A DNA stretch of 64,000 nucleotides from the human T2T-CHM13v2.0 reference genome, Homo sapiens. The stretch lies in the NCBI RefSeq assembly GCF_009914755.1, contig NC_060935.1. One strand, written 5' to 3'. Below are positions 54,421 through 64,000 of this stretch, in pieces. The notes beneath the pieces were generated by a model, which was not told the DNA's origin, did not search any database, and worked only from the letters and a program-made list of their open reading frames with translations. Numbering within the stretch: the stretch's first letter is position 1; every line of letters begins with the position of its first letter. A program made the position numbers and the translations under genes.

Positions 54421-56642
54421 ATTTGTTTCAAGAAAATTCTTAATTTATTACTTAATGTTTTCATTGACCCATTGGCTATTCAGGATCATATTATTTACTT
54501 GCCATGTGTAGGTGTATTTTCTGAGGAAAATAATGTATATTCTGCATCCAGTGGGTAAAATATTCTATAATGTCAGACCTATTTTTTTCTAGTGTGTGAT
54601 TTAACTTCTATATTTTTTGTTGATTTTCTGTCTGGATGATCTGCCTATTACTGAGAGTGGATTGTTTAATCTACTACTATTGTGTTGCAGTCCGTCTATT
54701 CATTTATATCTATTAAGGTTTGTTTTATATACTGGGGTGCTCCAGTGTTGGGTACATAGATATTTATAGTTTTTATAACCTCTTGCTGAATTGACCCCTT
54801 TATCATTATATATAGTTTCTTTGTCTCTTTTCACTCGCCTTGATTTGCAGTCTGCTTTATTTGATGGAAGCATATCTAATCTTGCTCATTTTTGGTTTCT
54901 AGTTACATGACATATCTTCTTACACCCTTCCATCTTCCTTTATGTGTGCCTTTATAGGTGAATTAAGTTTCTTGTAGGTAGCATATAATTTCCTCTTGTT
55001 TCTTTATCCATTGAGCCATGCTATGCCCTTTAATGGGAGAACTGAGTTTATTTACAGCCAGTGTTATTGTTGATACATAAAGACTCATTACTGCCATTTT
55101 GTTGATTGTTTTCTGGTTGTTTTGTAACTTCTCTGTTTATTTCTTCCTGTCTTCCTTTGTGATTTTGTTATTTTCTCCAGTAATATATTTTAATTCATTG
55201 CCTTTATTTTTAGTGAATGTCTTATAGGTTTTTGAATTCTGGTTACCATGAGGATTACAAAAAAAATCTTAAAGATATACAAAGTTACTTTAAAGTGATG
55301 ACAACTTATACAAGATCACAAAGAAAAGAAAAGAAACAATCAAAAAATGAAATAAATAAAATTCTATGCCGTAACTCCAAATCCTCAACATTTTTGCTTT
55401 ATGTTGTCTCAATTTACATATTTTTATATTTCATATCTCTTATCAAGTTGCTGTAGCTATTATTATTTTTAGTATATTTTTCCTTTGGGTTTTATATTTG
55501 ACTTACAGGTGGATTGCACACCACAATTACAGTATTTTAATATTCTGGTTTGTCTGTGTACTTAATGTCAGCAGTTGGGTTTTCTACCTTGAAAAATGTT
55601 TTGGTTTTGCAATTTAGTTTTTTTATTTTTTTCTTCTTCTTTCAGGTTGAAGAACTCACTTTGGCATTTCTTGTAAGATGGTTCTGGTGGTGAGGAATTA
55701 TCTGATCTTTTTGTTTATCTGAGAAAAAACTCAATCTGTCTTTCATATTTGAAGTATAGCTTTGTTGGATACATTAATCTTCTATGGCAGTTTTATTTTT
55801 TATTATTCCCAGCATGTTGAAAATGTCATCCCAATTCCTCCTGCTTTGTATGGTTTCTGTTGAGAAGTCTGTTTCCAGATAAATTGGAGCTCCTTTGTAT
55901 GTTATTTGTTTCTCTTCTCTAACTGCTTTTAGAATCCTCTCTTTATCCTTGAACTTTGGGAGTTTCATTATTATATGTATTATGGTAGTCTTATTTGGGT
56001 CAAACTCTTTGGTATTCTCTCACTTCCCTATGCCTGGATATTTATCTTTTTCTCAAGTTTTGGAAAACTTCCTGTTATTTTTTGAATAAACTTTCTCTCC
56101 ATTGCTCTTGCTCACCTGAACAATTGTTCTTAGATCTATTTTGTTTTTTGAGATATTTTCTATATCTTTTAGGTGATACTTCTTCTTTCTCATTCTGCTT
56201 TTCCACCTTTGTGTGTTTTTAAAAATCCTCTCTTTGAGCTCACTAATTATTTTCCTCTGCTTGATCCATTTTGCTGTTGAGAGCTTCTAGTGATTTTTTT
56301 CTTTATGCAAATGTATTTATCAGTTCCAAGGTTTTTGATTGACTTTTTAATTATTTCAATCTCTAGTTAATTTTTCCAATAAATTTCTGAATTGTTTTTC
56401 CTTTTCTGTGTTATTTTGGACACCACTAAGTTTCCTTAAAACTGCTATTTTGAATTCTTGGTCAGGTAGTTTACATATTGCCGTCTCATTCTGGTCAGTT
56501 ACTGGTGGTAACTTGCTGTTGTTTCTTGTGGATCTATGCCTGTGTTGTTGCATTGAAAGTTTAGTTAATTATTCTAGTCTTTTCTTTATGGCGTGTTTTG
56601 GTTTCTATTATGTTTGCTTTGAGATTTGTTTATCTGTTGATT

Positions 56643-56716
56643 CCCTCTCCTCTCCTCTGCTCTCCTCTCCTCTCCTCTGCTCTGCTCTCCTCTCCTCTCC
56701 TCTCCTTTCCTCTCCT
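56643..56716. repeat. (CCTCT)n/(GCTCT)n pyrimidine-rich pentamer repeat
   Basis: Read directly from sequence. Confidence 0.9.
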
Positions 56717-57851
56717 TATTATTTTTATGCTAGGTCACTGACTCTTTTTCTGCACTTGATTGCCCCTTAACCACAGATTTGCTTTGGTTCTAATAAACAA
56801 TCAGATTGCCCTATCCTAAATGGTGAGGGATATTCCAGCAAATGGGAAGGTTGGCTAGGGGTTTGTGTTTAGGGGACCTTAGAAACAAATCTTTTGCAGT
56901 GTGGTGCCCCACAACAGCCATTCTAATGTGGTACTCTCCTTTGGCTGAATTACATAGCAGAGTTTCCAGGGCAAGGATGGTAGTCCCACCTCCACCTTTG
57001 TTTCTAGCTATTGTCAGGGATATTTTTCCCTTCAACTACTCCCAATACTTCCTGTTGTTTGAGGTAGGGATAAGTTCTCTGCCAAGAGACCCAAAATGTG
57101 GGAAAGCTGGTTGTCCACCTTGATTTCACTTTTTCCAGTGTAGAAATCATGAGACATGGGGAAGCCTTCTATGCCATCATTTTGAAACGCAACACGTGAG
57201 GTTATCTAAAAAATAAATAAATAAATAAAAATAAAATCATGGAATTTTGTTCAGAAAACTCTTGGTTTTACAATTCAGTGTAACATTTCTGGGTATCATG
57301 AAAAAGGAAGAAACTTTGGGAAATGGATATAGGAGAGCACAGATACTATTGTACTAGTGGCTTGGCATGACCAAGAAGAAATATATTGTGTTGACTCCCA
57401 TGAAGCACAAGGTCCAAGAGGAAAAACATTCATAGGAGTCAAATCCAATCCAAAGGTTGTTATATATGGGCAGTCAGTGAACCCAATAGAGTAGACAGTC
57501 TAAGCAATGATAAGAGCATCCAAAACATAGGTGTGTCTCTTTAGTAGATGTGCCTAAGGGAGCCTCTTTTGGTGGCCTGGGACTCCTTTTCCTTATGTTT
57601 AAAGTGATGTGGTTAGTTACCCATTAGTGATTTACCTTAGACTAAAGGTAAAGAGAATAACTTACAGCAGTATATTTCCTTTAACAGGCCACTTCTCTAA
57701 TCAGTAACCATTTTGCTCATTATATACATTTTTCTTCTCAGTAGAAATGGGTAATGATGAGAACATTGCAAACCTCTGACTATTGTTTGAAAACCAAAGA
57801 ACAAGGCAATTAACTCATTCCACTGAGATTGGGAACAGAAAAATGTAGAAC

Positions 57852-58387
57852 TGTGACAGTTAATATTGAGTGTCAACTTGATTGGATTGAAGGATGCAAA
57901 GTATTATTCTGGGTGTGTCTGTGAAAGTGTTGTCAAAGGAGATTAACATTTGAGTCAGTGGACTGGGAGAGGCAGACCCACCTTCGATCTGAGTATGTAC
58001 CATCTAATCAGCTGCCAGTGTAGCTAGAATAAAAGCAGGCAGAGGACTGTAGAAGGACTAGATTGGCTGAGTCTTCATCTGTCTCCCATGCTGGATGCTT
58101 ACTCCCCTCGAACATGGGACATCAAGTTCTTCAGCTTTTGGACTTTGGGACTTGCACCAGTGGTTTGCCAGGGGATCTTGGGCCTTCAGCCACAGACTGA
58201 AGCCTGCACTGTTGGCTTCCCTACTTTTGAGGTTTTAGGACTTGGAATGGCTTCCTGGTTCCTCAGCTTGCAGATAGCCTGTTGTGAGACTTTACTTTGT
58301 GATCACATAGTGAATAAACCTTAATAAACTCCCTTTCATTTATACGTCTATCCTATTAGTGCTGTCCCTCTAGAGAACCCTAATACA
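57852..58387 (+). mobile_element. MLT2A2-like solo LTR (HERV-L)
   Basis: TGTGACAGTTAATATTGAGTGTCAACTTGATTGGATTG...CCCTAATACA, 536 bp, perfect TSD AGAAC. Confidence 0.92.
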
Positions 58388-59109
58388 AGAACTAAGAGTA
58401 TTTTTTCTGATTTTTTAAAATAATTTCTTGAAAACTGGGAATGATAGATAAACTAAAAAAGAAAGATCCATGTTGTTTAGTGAATTCTAAATTGTCTACA
58501 ATTAAATTTCTTTAATTTTTTTAAAACTTTTGGACTCTTTTCTATAAACTACATTGTTTTTAACTGAAAATACTTTCTCCACACATGTCAAATTATATGG
58601 TAGATCACAGAAAATGTTTCTAATCAAATGTACTTTAATTAAATTTATTTTCTATTGAAATGAATAGATAGTTTATATTTTATTTCAAATATCTTCACAG
58701 GCTCTGGTTTTCATTTTCATCAAAGTACCACTCTCTTGTCTACTTAAAATGATTTTGGAAGCTTTATGTCATTTGAGTTTATGGATTTATTTTTACTTTC
58801 CTCTTATTCTGGCACACAATATGAATTTATTGATATAAAATTAAGAATTTCATTAAATATTTTTCACAAGTTGAAATATTCCAAACTAAAATTATTGGAT
58901 TCAAAATTAAATGTTTTACACTATTTGAGCTCAAGTTATTTAAATTTTTTGTGTTGCAAGTTAATGTTTTCTGTGATAGCATTTGTTGAATACTTATATT
59001 TAACACATTTAACTCATTTTGAATATGGGGCAACTATATTTAGAGGCTATTTTTAAAAGACATTCTAGCAAAACACCAAGAATAGGCAATTCAATCTTGA
59101 ATGAAAGCA

Positions 59110-60743
59110 AAATTAGAAGATGGACTACCCAACTTTATGACCTACTATAAGGGTACAGTGATCAAGACAGTGTGGTATTAGTGAAACAATATACCGATAC
59201 ATTAATGGAGCAGAGTAGAAAGCCTGGAAATAGACCCACATAAAAAGAGTTAACTGATCTTTGATAAAGAAACAAAGGCAATGCAATGACACAAAGATGA
59301 TCTTTATAAAAAAATGGGTATAGAACACCTGGAAATTCACATGCAACAAATAAATCTGACTATAGACCTTAAACCCTTCTCAAAAAATGTAGGTAACTCA
59401 AAATGGATCATAGACCTAAATGTAAAATGCAAAACTGTAACACTCTTAGGAAATAACATGAATGAAACCCTAGATGGCCTTCAGTATTTTGATGACCTTT
59501 TAGATCCAATATGAAAAACACAATCCATGAAAAATCAATCGATAAGCTGAATTTCATTAAAACTAAAAACTTTTCTCTGTGAAAAACAATGACAAGAAAA
59601 CTAGAAGGTAAGCCACAGATTGGGAGAAAATATTTGCAAAAGGCACTTCTGAAAAAAAGCTGTTATCCAAAATATACAAAGAACTTCTAACAATTCAACA
59701 ATGAACAATGAACAGGCTGATTAAAAGGTGAGCAAAAGACCCAAAAAGACACTTTACCAAAGAAGATATACAGATGTCAAGTAAGCATATAAAAAGATAT
59801 TCAACAACATGTAACATTAGGGAATTGCAAATTAAAACAATGAGATACCGCTATGCAGTTATAAGAATGACCAAAACCCAGAATACTGACGTCAAATGCT
59901 GGAGTGGATGTGGAGCAATAGGAACTATTGTTTATTCCTGGTGGAAATGAAAAATTGTGCATACACTTTTGAAGAAAATTTGGTAGTTTCTTACAAAGCC
60001 AAACATACTCTTACCACAGAACCCAATCAAGCTATTTAATATATAGCCAAAGGGATTAAAAATGTATGTCCACACAAAATTTCACACATAACATTTATGG
60101 CAGCTTTATTCACAATTGCTAAAACTTGAAAGCAACCAAAATGCCCTTTAGTAGGTGGATGAATAAATAAATGTCATATCTGCAGACAATGTGATATTAT
60201 TCAGTACTAAAAACAAATGAGCTATCAAGCCATGAGAAGACACAGAGGAAACTTAAATGCACATTACCATGAAGGATGCCAGTCTGAAAAGGCTACATAC
60301 TATACCATTCCAACTATATGACATTCTAGCAAAGGAAAAACAATAGAGGCATTAAAAAGATCAGTGGCTGCCAGGGTTTAGGGAGGAGGGAGAGAAAACA
60401 GGCAGAGCACAGATGGTTTTTACAACAATGAAACTATTTTCTATGATAATGTAATAACTATTTTCTGTGATAATGTAATAGTAGATACTTGTCATTAAAC
60501 ATCTGTCAAAACCTGTAAAATGTATAACACTAAGAGTGAACTCTAATGTAAACTATGGACTTTGGGTTAAAATGATGTGTCAATGTAGATTTATTGACAG
60601 TAACCCACATAACAATTTGGTGTGGGATGTTGATAGTTGGGGAGTTTGAGCATATGTGGAGACAGAGGGTTTACAGGAACTCTCTGTACTTTCCATTCTG
60701 AACCTAAAAGGGCTCTAAAAATTAAAGTTTATTAATTTATAAA
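59110..60743 (+). mobile_element. L1MC (L1MC1-like) 3' portion
   Basis: ORF2 C-terminal remnant and 3' UTR ending GAACCTAAAAGGGCTCTAAAAATTAAAG; 24-bp tandem duplication at 60433-60480. Confidence 0.85.
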
Positions 60744-61673
60744 GCAAAAGTGATTCTAAGATACTAATATTTATTTTAAGTGTAGTTTCCAAAGTCTCAA
60801 ACATTTCTAAAATTTAATTGGCTAGCAACGAAGACAGAAAACATGGACGGTCATGCTGCAGTACATTTTTAATAGACATCAGTATACTCACAAAAATTAT
60901 ATTTTAGTTATATTAACTGTGTGCATATATGACAATTTTTTAACTTTGATAACTGTGGCTTCTATTTTAATTTCTGAAATATTTAAAATTCTTTAGATGA
61001 AATTTTGAGTTGTATAATTGTTGCAACAAAATCTGAGTACTTTGTAATTTCTACTTCACAAATTTCTTAATTTGATGAGAATGTCATTTTTACCATGATG
61101 CTGTGCTACATCAAAATTTATATCCATATCTTTACCAAAATAATTCATAATTTTTAATCCAATATTAAACTTTTTAAATGAATTTACATGAAAAATAATA
61201 TTGGTTGTTTTATCTTAAACAGATAAGACTTCCAAAAAATTTATCTGAGTCCACAAATGTGATATAAAAATGATTAATTATTGGAAATAACTGATATTTT
61301 ATTCTAAGTACTTAATGTCACTGATATAAAACAATTACCATGTAATTGTGTGGAAATTTCCTTTAATGAAATCAATGAATAACCAGTTATTATGTCATTT
61401 TAGTATGTGCACAAAAATCTTGGAATAAGAAAGAGCAAAATTAGCCCACAAAGCAGTTATTTTATCTAAATTGCAGTATTCACATGTGTGATAAAAGTTG
61501 AAAACTATATATTATGCCAGTTAAATGATCAATTGAAACTTGCTTAAAAATTGGAAAGTCAGTATTTATTTTTAAATTAATTTTGTACTTACATTTTTTC
61601 ATTCTTCAATCCTACAAAAATGGATTTAGCAGAATCTAACAAGAAAAATAAATGATTTTAGATATATAGTCAC

Positions 61674-62256
61674 TATTGGGAACGGGTGCTCAATGTCGCA
61701 AAATCAGCACTGAGACAAAGGATCTCTCAGCAAGACTAGTTTACTTTCTGCAGAAAGGGTGCCGCTTGCTAGCAGTCTTGCCATGAGAGCACACATGAAC
61801 AAAGGAGACAGGGTCATTTATAACCTGATGTGTCCACTCTACTGCTGTGTCCGGTTTCCATTAGCTGGAACAGGACCTCACATTCTGTACTCAAACCGAT
61901 TGGCTAGCAACTTAGAACTTCCCAAAAGAGGCAAAAGCAGAAGATAACAAAGGAAGAGAGGAAGTAACTTGCGTAATGCTGAGAGAGGCAAAAACACTTC
62001 CAAATAAGGAAGAGGAATAGGCTATGACCTAATGCTTGGACCACTTCAGTCATGCCAGGGCAAATATCTAGGCTAAAATATGGGAGTTAAGAACACAGAG
62101 TATATTGATTTCTTTATTACAGCTAGCAAATATTTAAGAATATTAGCACAGGTGTTTGAGTAAATTTTGCTTCTAAGAGAGGTTATTATCTATTCTCAGT
62201 TGGACTGGGAGGAAAGTCCCTTTGAAGAGGAACCTCTACTTATTTCATTTTCTACA
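61674..62256 (-). mobile_element. LTR10-family (HERV-I, ERV1) solo LTR
   Basis: Minus strand starts TGTAGAAAATGAAATAAGTAGAGGTTCCTCTTCAAAGGGACTTTCCTCCC; 583 bp; perfect TSD GTCAC. Confidence 0.82.
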
Positions 62257-62423
62257 GTCACCCTACCAAAATGGAAAAAAAAGTGTGGCAAAAATATTTA
62301 GGCTACTTAATACCTTAATATACACTATGACAGGAATGCTCAACCTTTATTTTCTGTATATATTTTGCATACAATTAACCTTCTCTTTTTTTTCGGCATT
62401 TGTCCTTGATTCCTACTGACTGA

Positions 62424-62736
<313 letters not shown>

Positions 62737-63613
62737 CATTCACCTGATTTCTTTATGCATCTTTCAGGTCAGATCAGAGTCCACAGCTAACTTAGCTCAG
62801 AACCAAGTAAATGGGAGTTAGAGGAACATCAGATCCTTCTCTCACTACCATTCAAGACTGAAGGGATTTAGCTGTCTCTAGCCACTCATTTCCAAATGAC
62901 TTAGTTTTATCAGCAAGTACCTTTGCATACTGCCCTTGAGGGTGTAGGTTTCAAAATATTCTAAAAAACAGAAATATGATACCGCTGACTGCCTTTTTGA
63001 TTTAACTTTGCATAAAAGTGTACATAAATGCATAACATGGTGCTAGAAAAATGTGGAAGACACTGGAAATGCAAAGTCGGTGGGGGTTCTATCTAATCCT
63101 GGGTTATTGTCATAAAAAATTGGTAATAATTTATTAAAAATTAAAATTACGGGACAAATATTACATTTTAAGGAACATTATAACAGCAGGTGTACATGAA
63201 TACTATCCTGGGCAAACTGAAACATACATTCTCACATTCCTCATGTAACCTAATAGCATATGCTGTTTGCTTCAATGAGAGCTAAAGGAAGAAGCACCAC
63301 TTGTCTTCTCCAAGTACAGTATTCTTATAATCAGATTCTACATAACCAAGTCTATTTGCAAAGCATTCCAGAATTATTAATTGAAGAAATAAACAGTTGG
63401 TGTCAGAGAGTAGTTACAATTAAATATTTATAAAGATTTATTAAAATAAAGTAAATGAAAGTATTCTGTTCCAAGAAAGAGAACTTAAATATAAAGTTTG
63501 TTAAACATTCCCTAAGACTAGACATTTGATCAGTCCTGCTTTCTGAACTACTTTGTATTTTTTATCTGACTAGATACTACTGGAAAGCAAAGATCTGATT
63601 TTCTATGGTTCTT

Positions 63614-63688
63614 TTTTTAAAAAAAATTTAAGTTCTGTGATACATGTGCAGAACATGCAGGTTTGTAACATAAGTATACAAGCAAACC
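63614..63688 (-). mobile_element. About 75-bp L1PA 3'-terminal micro-insertion
   Basis: TTAAGTTCTGTGATACATGTGCAGAACATGCAGG between TCTATGGTTCTT (63602-63613) and TCTATGATTCTT (63689-63700). Confidence 0.8.
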
Positions 63689-63753
63689 TCTATGATTCTT
63701 AGTAAGTGTAATTGTCTTACTGCTACAGCGTTGTTGCAAGAAATGAAGATAAC

Positions 63754-64000
63754 TTCTTTCTTTCTTTCTTTCTTTTTTTTTTTTTTTTTTTTGAGTTGGA
63801 GTCCCACTCTGTCACCCAGGATGGAGTGCAGTGGTTCCATCTCGGACCAGTGCAACCTCCGACTCCCAGGTTCAAGCAATTCTCTTGCCTCAGCCTCCTG
63901 AATAGTTGGGATTACAGGCATCCACCACCATGCCTGGCTGATTATTATTATTATTTTTATTTTTAATAGAGATGGGGTTTTGCCATGTTGGCCAAGCTGG
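63754..64000 (-). mobile_element. Alu (AluS/J), cut by the window end
   Basis: (TTTC)n and poly-T tail, Alu right arm, linker expanded to (ATT)n. Confidence 0.93.

Larger units (their letters stand above)
50770..57180 (-). mobile_element. Near full-length old L1 (L1MA/L1M2-type), degraded
   Basis: L1MA 3' UTR; ORF2 remnants ([38 protein letters not shown]); ORF1 remnants (KDKERILKAVREEKQITYKG, DQEFKIAVLRKL). Confidence 0.9.

Noticed and set aside
62048-62067. p53 response element in LTR10 (AGTCATGCCA GGGCAAATAT)
   Set aside because: The second half-site lacks the invariant G of CWWG and the first has mismatches; unlikely to be functional
63080-63240. MER96B-like hAT fragment
   Set aside because: Only a weak terminal resemblance (CTATCCTGGGCAAACTGAAACATA); too degenerate to call

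Overview
AT-rich, CpG-poor primate (human-like) genomic DNA. It looks intergenic or deep-intronic, and roughly half of it is interspersed repeats. I found no recognisable host protein-coding gene, RNA gene, CpG-island promoter or CRISPR-like array. Every ORF with recognisable homology comes from a transposon. Main contents: a full-length but inactivated L1PA3-type LINE-1 (24942-31080, minus); a near full-length old L1MA (minus); an L1MC 3' portion (plus); several truncated L1s, including two micro-insertions of about 40-75 bp with TSDs; two complete THE1 MaLR proviruses; solo MSTA, THE1D, MLT2A2, MLT2D-like and LTR10 LTRs with 5-bp TSDs; an ancient internally deleted LTR16/ERVL-class provirus; a DNA-transposon cluster (Tigger1, Tigger3a, Charlie1a, MER58A); three Alus; and microsatellites. 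Subfamily names come from my memory of the consensus sequences and need RepeatMasker/Dfam confirmation. The sequence does not support a new biological system. The best leads are the unusual 5' UTR of the L1PA3 (YY1 site lost, ZNF93 segment kept, 149-aa open ORF0), a micro-inversion inside an LTR16, a SOX/RFX/E-box motif cluster beside a candidate exon at 39.4-39.7 kb, and several templated-repair scars.
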